A DNA stretch of 64,000 nt. Source: an uncultured Clostridium sp. GTDB taxonomy: Bacteria; Bacillota; Clostridia; TANB77; CAG-508. The notes below the pieces were generated by a model. It did not search any database, was not told where the DNA came from, and saw only the letters and a program-made list of their open reading frames with translations. Of this stretch, positions 12,799 through 23,310 are shown piece by piece. Where the stretch lies: assembly GCA_900553945.1 (NCBI GenBank), contig USFR01000004.1, positions 60,161 to 124,160 on the forward strand, written 5' to 3'. The translations under genes and the position numbers were made by a program. Position 1 is the first letter of the stretch. Each line of letters begins with the position of its first letter.

Positions 12799-13737
12799 AT
12801 GAAAGAAGAAAAGAAAGCAACACGTCAAAGTTATGGGGAAGCTTTGCTGGAATTAGGAAAATCTAATAAAAATGTTGTTGTACTAGATGCTGATTTAGCT
12901 GGTGCAACTAAGAGTGGAATTTTTCAAAAAGAATTTCCTAATAGATTTTTTGATATGGGAATTGCAGAACAAAATATGATGGCTACTGCAGCTGGAATGG
13001 CTACTTGTGGCAAAATTCCTTTTGCAAGTACTTTTGCTGTATTTGCTACTGGAAGGGCATATGATCAAATAAGAAATAGCATATGTTATCCAAATTTAAA
13101 TGTTAAGATTTGTGGAAGTCATGCAGGTGTAACGGTTGGCGAAGATGGAGCAACTCATCAAATGCTTGAAGATATTAATATAATGAAGTGTTTACCAAAT
13201 ATGAAAGTTATTTGTCCATCTGATGATGTTCAAACAAAATGGGCTGTTAAAGAAATGGCTGAAATAAATGGACCTTGTTATATTAGGACATGTAGATTAG
13301 CTTCAAATATAATATATGATGAAAATCAAGAATTTGAATTAGGAAAAGCTATTCAATTCGGAGATGGAACTGATGCCACTGTTTTTGCAACAGGAATTTG
13401 TGTTTCAGAAGCATTAAAAGCAATGGAAATATTAAAAGAAAAAAACATAAATATTAGAGTAGTAGATATGTTTTCATTAAAGCCTATTGACAAGGATATT
13501 ATAATAAAAAGTGCAAAGGAAACAAAAAATCTTATTTCTATTGAAGATCATAGTGTAATTGGTGGATTAGGAAGCATTATTGCAGATGTGCTTTCTGAAG
13601 AATATCCAGCAAAATTAGTAAAAATGGGAATAAAAGATAGATTTGGTGAATCTGGAAAAGCGATAGTATTAATGGAAAAATTTGAAATTGATAGTACAGC
13701 AATTGTAAAGAAAGTTGAAGAATTAATGGAGAAATAA
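12799..13737 (+). CDS. transketolase, C-terminal subunit
   Basis: Pyrimidine-binding/C-terminal domain similarity. GGAGG RBS. Confidence 0.85.
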   Translation: MKEEKKATRQSYGEALLELGKSNKNVVVLDADLAGATKSGIFQKEFPNRFFDMGIAEQNMMATAAGMATCGKIPFASTFAVFATGRAYDQIRNSICYPNLNVKICGSHAGVTVGEDGATHQMLEDINIMKCLPNMKVICPSDDVQTKWAVKEMAEINGPCYIRTCRLASNIIYDENQEFELGKAIQFGDGTDATVFATGICVSEALKAMEILKEKNINIRVVDMFSLKPIDKDIIIKSAKETKNLISIEDHSVIGGLGSIIADVLSEEYPAKLVKMGIKDRFGESGKAIVLMEKFEIDSTAIVKKVEELMEK

Positions 13738-14514
13738 ATGAATTTGGAAAATGCAATAAATAAATTTAATGATTATGCACATCAATTTGAAGTTAAAGAT
13801 AATAAAGTTAATATAAAAATAACTCATACAATGGGTGTAATTAAGATTTCTGAATATATTGCTAGAAAATTGAATTTATCAAAAGAAGATGTTGAGCTAG
13901 CTGAATTGATTGGATTACTTCATGATATTGGTAGATTTCAGCAAGCTGTAAGATATGATAATTATGATGATTACGACACTTTGGATCATGCAGAATTAGG
14001 AGTAGAAATTTTATTTAAAGATGGATTTATTAGAGAATTTATAGATTCTGATAAATATGATGATATAATAAAAAAAGCAATTAAAAATCACAATAAATAT
14101 GAAATTGAAGATGGATTGACCGAAAGAGAATTGTTGTTTACTAAAATAATTAGAGATGCTGATAAAACTGATAATTTTGATGTTAAACAGTATCAAGATT
14201 TTAAATCATTGTTTAAGTCAAGTGAACAGGAAGTTCAAACTGAACAAATTACTGATGAAGTTTGGAATGAGTTTCTACATGGAAAAACAATAATATCTTC
14301 TCATAGAAAAACTAATATGGATAAATGGCTTTCATATATTGCATGGATATATGATTATAATTTTTTTCCAGGATTACAATATTTAAAAGAAAATGATTGC
14401 ATAAATAAGGTTATAGATAGATTAGATTATAAAAATGAAGTAACAAAAGAAAGAATGGAATGTGCTAGAGAAAAGGCTAATAGATATATTAATGAAAAAT
14501 TAGTTAATAACTAG
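13738..14514 (+). CDS. HD-domain metal-dependent phosphohydrolase
   Basis: H...HD motif (HTMGV...LLHDIGR). ATGA start/stop overlap with transketolase C. Confidence 0.6.
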   Translation: MNLENAINKFNDYAHQFEVKDNKVNIKITHTMGVIKISEYIARKLNLSKEDVELAELIGLLHDIGRFQQAVRYDNYDDYDTLDHAELGVEILFKDGFIREFIDSDKYDDIIKKAIKNHNKYEIEDGLTERELLFTKIIRDADKTDNFDVKQYQDFKSLFKSSEQEVQTEQITDEVWNEFLHGKTIISSHRKTNMDKWLSYIAWIYDYNFFPGLQYLKENDCINKVIDRLDYKNEVTKERMECAREKANRYINEKLVNN

Positions 14515-14525
14515 TTTTTGGGGGG

Positions 14526-15401
14526 ATGTACATGGAAATAAAAGAAACAGTTGAGCAACTAAATAGATCAAATGCGTATATTGAAAGAAAGAAATATGCA
14601 GAGGCTGATAAGATTTTGGACAAGCTTTTAAAAGAAATAGAGCCTGTTGAAATTGATAATCATGGCAGAATTTTAGATTTTACCAATAGATTGGAATTCT
14701 TTTTGTATTGCCATATGGATAGGAAGATTAATATTTCATGGAGTAGAAATTTTTTATCTGATATTTATTTGCAAAAAGGTATAATATTATTTGAGAATAA
14801 AAGTTTCAAAGAGGCGATTAATTTCTTTGAAATGGCTTTAAAGTGGAATCCAGCAAGTATGCATATATATAATGAAATACTTGAAGCATGCATAGGAATG
14901 AGAGATTATACAAAATTTGATCATTATTTTCAAAAGGCTCTTAAATATGCGGTACGTCCATTTGATTTAGCAATGCTCTATAAAAAACTTGGCTATGTTT
15001 GGATTGAAAAAGGACAAGATGAAATTGCTTATAATCTTTTCCTATATAGTAAGTTATTTTTCCCAAGAAAAGAAGCTGACACTGAAATTGCTTTTTTGGA
15101 AAAAAGATTTGGTACTAAACTTAAGTATTACCCAGATTTGGGAACGATAGAGTATTTAAAAAGAAAAGATTTGCTATATAAAAGACCAGATTATATAATT
15201 CCTGCATATACTTCTTTAATAAAGGCTATGCAAGATATAATGTTAAAAGAGGAATTTCAAACAAGAGAAAATTATTTGTTATTAATAGATTATTATCATG
15301 GATTATATTTTCATAATCCAGGTGGTTTAATTCATTCAGCGTTGCTTGCTGTGCAAAGAGAATATGAGTTAAAATTTCCAGTTACAAAGGAGGAAAAATA
15401 G
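14526..15401 (+). CDS. hypothetical protein (TPR-like helical repeats)
   Basis: 291-aa ORF with no catalytic motif. Confidence 0.4.
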   Translation: MYMEIKETVEQLNRSNAYIERKKYAEADKILDKLLKEIEPVEIDNHGRILDFTNRLEFFLYCHMDRKINISWSRNFLSDIYLQKGIILFENKSFKEAINFFEMALKWNPASMHIYNEILEACIGMRDYTKFDHYFQKALKYAVRPFDLAMLYKKLGYVWIEKGQDEIAYNLFLYSKLFFPRKEADTEIAFLEKRFGTKLKYYPDLGTIEYLKRKDLLYKRPDYIIPAYTSLIKAMQDIMLKEEFQTRENYLLLIDYYHGLYFHNPGGLIHSALLAVQREYELKFPVTKEEK

Positions 15402-15589
15402 TGGGATTTTTCGTTGAAAGAGAAGATAGTACTAATGGAAGAATTATAAAAACTGGAGACAATGTCAGAGTGGTTGAAACTGATGAAAGAGGTTTTGTAA
15501 TAGCAATATTAGGCGATGAATATATGGTAAGTGTTAATGGCGATGTTAGAAATTATTTTGAAGATGAAATAGCATGGATTGATGCTTAA
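15401..15589 (+). CDS. small hypothetical protein
   Basis: 62 aa. Start overlaps the previous stop. Confidence 0.3.
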   Translation: MGFFVEREDSTNGRIIKTGDNVRVVETDERGFVIAILGDEYMVSVNGDVRNYFEDEIAWIDA

Positions 15590-15614
15590 GATGTAGTAAA
15601 GGAAAAGGATTTGT

Positions 15615-17117
15615 ATGAATAGTAGAGACGGTATAATTGGTTTAGCAGTAGGGGATGCTATGGGTGTTCCAATTGAATTTATGTCAAGAGATAAACTTAT
15701 GGATAATCCGGTAACACAGATGTTGGATAGAGGAAGTCATAATCAGCCAAAAGGAACTTGGTCTGATGATACTTCTTTAACTCTTGCAACAATGGATTCA
15801 ATAATTCACTGCTTTGGAATTTCTACAGAAGATATGGGAAATAGATTTGTTAATTGGATGGAAAAGTCAGAGTATACTGCAACAGGCGAAAGGTTTGATA
15901 TAGGAAGGACTACATTGATTGCTCTTGCTAAATTTGAAAAAGAAGGACATCCTTTTGAGAGCGGTTCTTCAGCAGAAGACAGTAATGGTAATGGTTCTTT
16001 AATGAGAATGCTTCCAATTGCATATTATTGTTATAGTGCACATTTACAACCAAATGATATATTAGATGTTGTAAAAAAAGTATCATATATAACACATGCT
16101 CATGAAGTAAGCGTGCTAGGGTGTTATATTTATGTAATGTATGCTATAAAATTGCTTGAGAAAAAGTCTAAGTTTGATGCATATAAAGAGGTTCAACAAC
16201 TTAGCTATTCTAGATTTTCTAGGAGTTCTTTAGAATTATATAATAGAATTTTAAAGAAGAATATTAGAGAAATGCCATTGGAATCTATTAGATCAACAGG
16301 TTATATTGTTGATACATTAGAAGCTACTTTATGGGTTTTTATGAATACAGAAAGTTATAATCAAGCAGTTATTGGAGCAATTAATTTAGGTGATGATACA
16401 GACACGATAGGTGCTTGTACAGGTGGACTTGCTGGATTATTCTATGGTTTGAAGTCAATTAATCCTGAGTGGAGAATTGATTTAAAAAGATATATTTATA
16501 TTAGAAATATGTGTGATGAGTTTGATAAGGCCTTACGTTCGAGTAGTAAAAAGTTTGATAAACCTGAGCCTGTATATGGCAATGAAGAACATATTGTAAA
16601 AATTATTTTAGGTGATATTACAAAATTAAATGTCGATGCGTATGTTAATTCTGCTAATAATTCACTATTAGGTGGAGAAGGTGTGGATGGTGCAATACAT
16701 AGAGCAGCTGGACCGGAGCTATTAAATAAATGTAAAGAGCTAAAAGGTTGTAAAACAGGTGAGGCTAAAATTACACATGGATATAATTCAAAAGCTGATT
16801 ATATAATTCATACAGTTGCTCCAAAGTGGTATGATTCACCCAATATGGATAAAGAAAAAGTTTTAAGAGAATGCTATGAAAATTCGTTGAAATTGGCAGT
16901 TGATTTTGGATGCAAAAGGGTTGCTTTTCCTTGTTTAGGAATGGGGGTATATGGTTGTCCTGTTGAGACTGGTGGAAAGATTGCAGTTGATTTTGCAATT
17001 GCTGAAGCAAGAAAGAAATTTTCTGAAATTGAGTCAATATATTTGATTTGTTATGAAATGTCTGCTTATGAATTTTATATGAAGTATTTTAAAGAAAAAC
17101 TTGAAGAGAAAAAATAA
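15615..17117 (+). CDS. ADP-ribosylglycohydrolase (ARH/DraG-like) fused to macrodomain
   Basis: N-terminal half is ARH-like (GLAVGDAMG...GSSAEDSNGNGSLMR...DTDT). C-terminal half is macro-like (VNSANNSLLGGEGVDGAIHRAAG). Confidence 0.7.
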   Translation: MNSRDGIIGLAVGDAMGVPIEFMSRDKLMDNPVTQMLDRGSHNQPKGTWSDDTSLTLATMDSIIHCFGISTEDMGNRFVNWMEKSEYTATGERFDIGRTTLIALAKFEKEGHPFESGSSAEDSNGNGSLMRMLPIAYYCYSAHLQPNDILDVVKKVSYITHAHEVSVLGCYIYVMYAIKLLEKKSKFDAYKEVQQLSYSRFSRSSLELYNRILKKNIREMPLESIRSTGYIVDTLEATLWVFMNTESYNQAVIGAINLGDDTDTIGACTGGLAGLFYGLKSINPEWRIDLKRYIYIRNMCDEFDKALRSSSKKFDKPEPVYGNEEHIVKIILGDITKLNVDAYVNSANNSLLGGEGVDGAIHRAAGPELLNKCKELKGCKTGEAKITHGYNSKADYIIHTVAPKWYDSPNMDKEKVLRECYENSLKLAVDFGCKRVAFPCLGMGVYGCPVETGGKIAVDFAIAEARKKFSEIESIYLICYEMSAYEFYMKYFKEKLEEKK

Positions 17118-17243
17118 AGAATAATATAGATAAAATTGTTGTATTTTAAGGTTAGTTTAACTTAACATGATATAATGATTTTATCTATATTTTTTTGTAT
17201 ATAAAATAACAATATATTTAATTCCAAAAAATATTATATTTAA

Positions 17244-17335
17244 TTTTTTCGTTCCTTGCTAAAAGATTTTACTGCTGACTAAACTTTGTTTAGTCAGCTA
17301 GGTAAAAACTTTCAAACTGCGCGTCACTCAAAAAT
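17244..17335. repeat. short member of the intergenic repeat family (termini shared with the 24316 and 60241 copies)
   Basis: Begins TTTTTTCGTTCCTTGCT and ends CTGCGCGTCACTCAAAAATT. The internal hairpin is gctgactaaactttgtttagtcagc. Confidence 0.35.
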
Positions 17336-17461
17336 TAAATATAATATTTTACTTGTATATAATAATAGAATTTTTCAATTTTTTCTATTGCAAATATAGT
17401 CTATTATTGGTATTATTATGTAGTAAAGAAGCAAATTTAGTCAAATTATGAGGAGATAAAA

Positions 17462-18142
17462 ATGATTGAATTTAAAAATGTAAGTAAAGTTTATGATACT
17501 GGAACAGAAGCGGTTCATAATGCTAATTTTAAAATAGATAAAGGTGAATTCGTTTTCTTAGTTGGTTCATCTGGTTCAGGTAAATCAACATTAATAAAAT
17601 TAATTTTGAAAGAAGAAGAACCTACAAAAGGTAATATAATAATTAATGGAAAAGATACAACTTTTTTGAAACCTAAAAGAGTACCTTTTCTAAGAAGAAG
17701 TATGGGAGTTGTTTTCCAGGATTTCAGATTGTTACCTGACAAAACAGTTTATGAAAATGTAGCATTTGCTATGTATATTGTAAAAGCTACACCAAGACAT
17801 ATAAAAAGACAGGTTCCTATGGTTTTATCTTTAGTTGGACTTAGTGCTAAAGCTAAAATGTATCCTAATGAGTTATCTGGTGGTGAGCAACAAAGAGTTG
17901 CACTTGCAAGAGCTTTAGTTAATAATCCATCAATGATTATTGCTGACGAGCCTACAGGAAACTTGGATCCAGATACAGCATGGGAAATTATGAATTTATT
18001 AAATGATATTAATTTAAGAGGAACTACAGTTGTTATGGCAACACATGCTAAGAATATAGTTGATGAAATGAATAAAAGAGTTATTCATATTGATAAAGGA
18101 AATATAATCAGCGATAGAAAAGGCGGATATGAAGAAGTTTAA
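17462..18142 (+). CDS. ftsE: cell-division ABC transporter ATP-binding protein FtsE
   Basis: Walker A GSSGSGKST, signature LSGGEQQR, Walker B IIADEPT. Confidence 0.85.
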   Translation: MIEFKNVSKVYDTGTEAVHNANFKIDKGEFVFLVGSSGSGKSTLIKLILKEEEPTKGNIIINGKDTTFLKPKRVPFLRRSMGVVFQDFRLLPDKTVYENVAFAMYIVKATPRHIKRQVPMVLSLVGLSAKAKMYPNELSGGEQQRVALARALVNNPSMIIADEPTGNLDPDTAWEIMNLLNDINLRGTTVVMATHAKNIVDEMNKRVIHIDKGNIISDRKGGYEEV

Positions 18143-18168
18143 AATAAAAAGATAAAAGGTGATTAAAA

Positions 18169-19089
18169 GTGAGATATAATATTTTAACCTATCACATTGG
18201 TGAAGGAATTAGAAATTTATTTAAAAATAAAAAATCAACGATTGCTTCTTTGTGTATTATGATGGCAACAATGCTTATGTTTGGTATATTTTTTATAATA
18301 GGTGAAAACATTAATCATATAATGGAGACAATAGAAGAAGATCAAGGAATGCAAGTTTTCATAATTGATGAAGCAAGCAGCAAGGAAGTTCAAGAAGTTA
18401 GAGATATGATTAGTAGTATTGATGGAGTTGCTTCTGCAACAATATATACTAAACAAGATGCACTTGATGAAATGAAAGTTAGATTAAAAAATAATCAAGA
18501 TGTTCTTGCAGGATATGATGAAGATAATAATATTTTCCCAGATTCAGTTATTGTAAAATTAACAGATTTACAAAAGAGTGCTGAAGTTCAAGAAAAAATA
18601 AGAAACATTGAAATTGACGGAAAAAAATATGTTGATCCAGATATAAGAAGCAGTGATAAAACAATAAATGCTTTAATTAATATAGCAAACGGTATAAAAA
18701 TTATTACTGGCGTATTACTTGTTTTATTAATTGCAATTTCAATATTTATTATTTCAAATACAATAAAACTAACAGTGCATGCAAGAAGAAAAGAAATTTC
18801 AATTATGAAATATGTTGGTGCAACTAATTCATTTATTCGTTGGCCATTTATAGTTGAAGGTATTATTATAGGAATAATATCTGCATTACTTACAATTTTA
18901 ATTATATATGGTGGTTACACAGTTGTTGTTACTAAGATTTTAAATGTATTTAATAGTATAAATGTTACTGTGTCACTACTTACATTTGCAGACATGTATA
19001 AAATAATTTTAGTTGTATATATGGTTTTAGGAATTGGAATTGGTGCATTAGGAAGTAGTATTTCTATGAGGAAATATTTGGAGGTTTAG
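18169..19089 (+). CDS. ftsX: cell-division permease FtsX
   Basis: Follows ftsE. Four TM segments with a large extracellular loop. Confidence 0.8.
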   Translation: MRYNILTYHIGEGIRNLFKNKKSTIASLCIMMATMLMFGIFFIIGENINHIMETIEEDQGMQVFIIDEASSKEVQEVRDMISSIDGVASATIYTKQDALDEMKVRLKNNQDVLAGYDEDNNIFPDSVIVKLTDLQKSAEVQEKIRNIEIDGKKYVDPDIRSSDKTINALINIANGIKIITGVLLVLLIAISIFIISNTIKLTVHARRKEISIMKYVGATNSFIRWPFIVEGIIIGIISALLTILIIYGGYTVVVTKILNVFNSINVTVSLLTFADMYKIILVVYMVLGIGIGALGSSISMRKYLEV

Positions 19090-19096
19090 AGTTTAA

Positions 19097-20254
19097 TTGA
19101 AAAATATTAAATTTAAAATTGTTGTAATAGTTGTGGCTATATTTGCAATTTTAGCTTTATATCCCAAAAAGGTTTCATCAGATTATGTATCAAATTTGCG
19201 TGATCAACAAGCAAATTTACAAAGTCAGCTTGAAGCTTCAAATGCACAAGTTGAAATAATTCAATCTGATGTTTCTGAATTGGTTAATGAAGTGGCACAG
19301 TTAAATGAACAAATAACTTCACAGCAATTAGAGGTTCAATTATTGCAAACACAGAAAAAAGAATTACAAACCAAAATAGAAGAAACAGAAAATGATTTAA
19401 ATAAAGCAATTGAAGATTATAATAAACAAAAAACTCAATTAGAAACTAGATTAGTAGCTTCATATAAAGCGGGTAATACAACTTATTTGGATTTGTTATT
19501 ACAATCAAGTTCGTTGTCAGAATTTATTTCTAATTATTATATGATTTCAAAAATTGTTGAGTCTGATCAATTATTATTAACTCAGATTGAAGAAGAAAAA
19601 AAGCAATTAGAGTTGTCAAAGTTAGAATTAAAAAAGCAAAAAAAACAATTGTCAGAAACAACGGAAGAGAGTGAAAATAAAGCAGTTGCATTAGAGAATA
19701 TGATAGTTATAAAAAATAATTATATTAGTCAATTATCTGCAGAAGAAGCTAAATATGCAAATGATATAATTACAATGCAAACAGAAATAAAAAAGGTTGA
19801 AGCTGAAATTTTAACAGCTGCCACATTAAATATTGGATACGATTATGTTGGCGGTGAGATGGCTTGGCCTGTACCGGGACATACAATAATTACATCAAAC
19901 TTTGGAATGAGAACACACCCTATTACAGGTGTATATAAATTACACACAGGTGTTGATATATCAGCATCAATAGGCGATACATTTATTGCAGCTAATGATG
20001 GTGTAGTCGCTAAGGCGGAATATAATACTGCATATGGAAATATGGTTTTAATTAATCATGGTGGTGGAGTTTCAACATTATATGCTCATGGTTCTCAGAT
20101 AATGGTTCAAGTAGGGCAAGAGGTAAAAAGAGGTGATGAGGTTTTAAAAGTTGGAAGTACAGGATATTCAACAGGGCCACATGCACATTTTGAGGTAAGG
20201 ATTAATGGACAATATGTTGATCCTATGCCATATATTACTACGAAGAATAATTAA
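19097..20254 (+). CDS. M23 family peptidase with N-terminal coiled coil (FtsEX-associated murein hydrolase)
   Basis: Coiled-coil N-terminal half. C-terminal M23/LytM motifs HTGVD...HG...GSTG.STGPHAHFE. Confidence 0.8.
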   Translation: MKNIKFKIVVIVVAIFAILALYPKKVSSDYVSNLRDQQANLQSQLEASNAQVEIIQSDVSELVNEVAQLNEQITSQQLEVQLLQTQKKELQTKIEETENDLNKAIEDYNKQKTQLETRLVASYKAGNTTYLDLLLQSSSLSEFISNYYMISKIVESDQLLLTQIEEEKKQLELSKLELKKQKKQLSETTEESENKAVALENMIVIKNNYISQLSAEEAKYANDIITMQTEIKKVEAEILTAATLNIGYDYVGGEMAWPVPGHTIITSNFGMRTHPITGVYKLHTGVDISASIGDTFIAANDGVVAKAEYNTAYGNMVLINHGGGVSTLYAHGSQIMVQVGQEVKRGDEVLKVGSTGYSTGPHAHFEVRINGQYVDPMPYITTKNN

Positions 20255-20275
20255 TGTAATTAGGAGGAATTTATA

Positions 20276-21508
20276 TTGAAACACATAAGAAACAAGAAAA
20301 TTGTAGCTGTTTTGATTAGTATTTTAATGGTTACGATTTTGGGAAATATTTTAGTTAGTTTTGCTGCAACTTCTTCGGCGGATTTGGAAAAAGAACGAAA
20401 AGCGAATGAGAGCAAAATAAACGAAGCGAAAGATGAGCAAAATGAAGTTAGAACAAAAATGACAGCGATTCAAAAAGAAGTTGAAGAATTGAATGGCAAA
20501 ATTGCAAGTTATGAAAATGAGATTGATGATTTGACATCACAAATTGATGAAACTTCTGCAAATATTGATACGATGACTCAGGAGCTTACTAAAAAGGAAA
20601 AAGAACTTGAGGAAAAAGAAGAATTACTAAAGAAAAGATTAGTAGCCTCTTATAAAGCAGGAAGTACATCCTACTTAGATGTTTTATTAAGTTCAGGAAG
20701 TTTAACAAATTTTTTATCTAATTATTATTTAATTGAACAATTAGCTGAATCAGATCAAAAATTAATTGATACAATTACAACTACAAAAAATCAAGTTGCT
20801 GAAGCAAAAACACAATTAGAGGAAAACAAAAAATCTTTGGAGGATGCAAGAGAGTTGCAAGAGAATAAAAAGAATGCTTTAGCCGTTAACAAGAGTGAAA
20901 AAAATGAAAAGGTTGCTCAATTAAGTGATGAGGATAAAAAATTACAACAACAAATAGAAGATATGCAATCACAAGATTCCGCAATTAGAGCTGCAATTAA
21001 AAAAGCTCAAGCTGCTGAAGAGGCTGCCAGAAAAGCTGCTGCAGCTAATAAAAATAATGGAAATAAAAACAATGGTAATAACAGTTCAAGTCCATCATCA
21101 AATCCAGGAGGATTCATATATCCGGTTCCATCTGCATATGCTAAAATAACTACAGGTTTATATTATTCTAATGGTTCTTATCATGGTGGAGTTGATTTCG
21201 GATCTGGAGGAATTGCAGGTCAACCAGTATATGCTGTTAAATCTGGTACAGTTATACTTGCACTTGCATTAACAACAAGTTATGGAAATTATGTAGTAAT
21301 TGATCATCATGATGGTACATATACTTTATATGCTCATGGTCAAGCAGGTTCAATTTGTGTTTCACCTGGTCAAAGTGTTTCACAAGGACAGCAAATTATG
21401 AAAGTTGGAAGTACTGGAAATTCAACAGGAGCACATTTGCATTTTGAAGTAAGAGTAAGTCCAGGTGGATATAACAACCGTGTAAGTCCTTTAAATTATT
21501 TACCATAA
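20276..21508 (+). CDS. M23 family peptidase with coiled coil (second paralog)
   Basis: Same architecture as the first paralog, with C-terminal GSTGNSTGAHLHFE. Confidence 0.8.
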   Translation: MKHIRNKKIVAVLISILMVTILGNILVSFAATSSADLEKERKANESKINEAKDEQNEVRTKMTAIQKEVEELNGKIASYENEIDDLTSQIDETSANIDTMTQELTKKEKELEEKEELLKKRLVASYKAGSTSYLDVLLSSGSLTNFLSNYYLIEQLAESDQKLIDTITTTKNQVAEAKTQLEENKKSLEDARELQENKKNALAVNKSEKNEKVAQLSDEDKKLQQQIEDMQSQDSAIRAAIKKAQAAEEAARKAAAANKNNGNKNNGNNSSSPSSNPGGFIYPVPSAYAKITTGLYYSNGSYHGGVDFGSGGIAGQPVYAVKSGTVILALALTTSYGNYVVIDHHDGTYTLYAHGQAGSICVSPGQSVSQGQQIMKVGSTGNSTGAHLHFEVRVSPGGYNNRVSPLNYLP

Positions 21509-21588
21509 TAAATTATGATATAGACAGGGCGTTTTTAATAGCGCCCTAATTTCTATAATAAAAAGTTCTTTGAGATTCTGATTATAGA

Positions 21589-21660
21589 AATTAATAATGC
21601 ACAGAAATTTGCTTTGCAAATTTTGCACACGAACAAAAACGTGGTCTTAAAAATGTTATA
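21589..21660 (+). repeat. conserved ~80-nt intergenic element, copy A (hairpin CACG-aacaaaaa-CGTG)
   Basis: ~80% identical to 57211-57285. The extended -10 TGTTATAAT lies immediately downstream. Confidence 0.4.
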
Positions 21661-21725
21661 ATAAGTACAAATATTATAAATAGCCCGCTTTTGTTTTTTA
21701 CAACATATGGAGGTAGAAAATAGTT

Positions 21726-22940
21726 ATGAATGAAGAAGACAAGAAGTATAATGTAAGAGTTAAAGTTATCGTGGCTGTAATGATTACGTTTATAATTACA
21801 TTATGTGGGACAGTAGTAGTGTATGATAAATACTTATCATACAAGGGATTAATTATAAAAGATTATGAATCATCTGGTGATATAGCTAATGATATTAATC
21901 TTTTAAAAACAGTGATTGAGAAAAAGTACAAAGGTGAAATTGATGATAGCAAATTAGAGCAAGCTGCATTAAAAGGATATATAGAAGGATTAGGAGACGA
22001 GTATACAGAGTTTTTAACACAAGATGAATGGGATGATTTAGATTCTTCTTTATCTGATTTTGTGGGAATTGGCGTGTATATGTCTCAATTAAAAAATTCA
22101 AGTGATGCTGTAATTATTGGAGTAATTGATGATGATACACCTGCAGGAAAGGCTGGAATTCAAGCTGGAGATATAATAAAAGAAGTTGATGGTGAAGATG
22201 TTTCCGGAAAAGGAACGGAATATGTTTCTTCAAAAGTTAAAGGACCTGAAGGAACTAAAGTTAGTATGAAAGTTTTACGTGGCGATCAAGAAATTGAATT
22301 TACAATGACACGTGAACAAGTTAAGGTTTATAAAATTAAACATGAGATGTTAGAAAATAATATTGGATATATTGATTTTGATTCATTCACAGATACAAGT
22401 GCTGATGAATTTAAAGAAGCATATAATGATTTAAAAAATAATGGTGCCACTTCTTTAATAGTTGATTTAAGAAATAATACAGGTGGATATGTAAAATCTG
22501 CTTTAGAGATTGCTGATTTATTTGTTGATTCAGGAAAAACATTATTAATAACAGAAGATAAGGCTGGAAATAGAACTGTTCAAAAATCATCAAATGGAAA
22601 AACAATTGATATGCTAGTTGTTGTATTAGTTAATGAATACACAGCTAGTGCATCTGAAATTTTAACTGGAATTTTTAAAGACTATGGAATTGCTAAAGTT
22701 GTAGGAACTAAAACATATGGAAAAGGTGTTATTCAAGAGGTATATCCTGATGTATTAGGTACTGAGATTGGTGGTGCTTTAAAAGTTACTGTTTCAGAAT
22801 ATTTTACTCCAAATGAAAATAAAATTAACAAAATTGGAATAATTCCTGATGTAGAAATTGAATTAAATGAAGATGATTCAGTGAAGATAACTAAAGAGAA
22901 TGATGCTCAGTTACAAAAGGCAATTGAATTATTAAAATAA
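21726..22940 (+). CDS. ctpA: C-terminal processing peptidase (S41, PDZ domain)
   Basis: PDZ region (GDIIKEVDG) plus S41 domain. Follows the ftsEX-M23 cluster. Confidence 0.8.
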   Translation: MNEEDKKYNVRVKVIVAVMITFIITLCGTVVVYDKYLSYKGLIIKDYESSGDIANDINLLKTVIEKKYKGEIDDSKLEQAALKGYIEGLGDEYTEFLTQDEWDDLDSSLSDFVGIGVYMSQLKNSSDAVIIGVIDDDTPAGKAGIQAGDIIKEVDGEDVSGKGTEYVSSKVKGPEGTKVSMKVLRGDQEIEFTMTREQVKVYKIKHEMLENNIGYIDFDSFTDTSADEFKEAYNDLKNNGATSLIVDLRNNTGGYVKSALEIADLFVDSGKTLLITEDKAGNRTVQKSSNGKTIDMLVVVLVNEYTASASEILTGIFKDYGIAKVVGTKTYGKGVIQEVYPDVLGTEIGGALKVTVSEYFTPNENKINKIGIIPDVEIELNEDDSVKITKENDAQLQKAIELLK

Positions 22941-23167
22941 TATGATGTGGATATTAACAATTAAAATGTTAGTATCCATTTTTTGTAAGTGAAAGATTTT
23001 CAAGTGTTATGTTATATAAAGATGACAATTTTATTAGAATTTTTATATGAATTTGATAAAATAATTTTTTTTATGTAAAAAATAAAAAAATGTAGCTTTT
23101 CTAATACTTGAAAATAGGCACTTTTAGAATTAAGGATAAAAAAATCAAAAAAAGTTTCAAAAAAATG

Positions 23168-23196
23168 TTGACAAGAGGAACAAAATCTAGTATACT
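23168..23196 (+). promoter_or_regulatory. sigma-A promoter of the tRNA operon
   Basis: TTGACA, 17-nt spacer, TATACT, ~30 nt upstream of tRNA-Val. Confidence 0.5.
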
Positions 23197-23228
23197 AGGT
23201 CTTGTCAGCGAGATACTGACAAAGAAAT

Positions 23229-23304
23229 GGTCGCTTAGCTCAGCTGGGAGAGCATCTGCCTTACAAGCAGGAGGTCATAGGTTCGAACCCTATAGCGACC
23301 ACCA
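23229..23304 (+). tRNA. tRNA-Val (anticodon UAC)
   Basis: GGTCGCTTAGCTCAGCTGGGAGAGC...CTTACAA loop...GGTTCGAACCCTATAGCGACCACCA. Confidence 0.85.
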
Positions 23305-23310
23305 TTTTAT

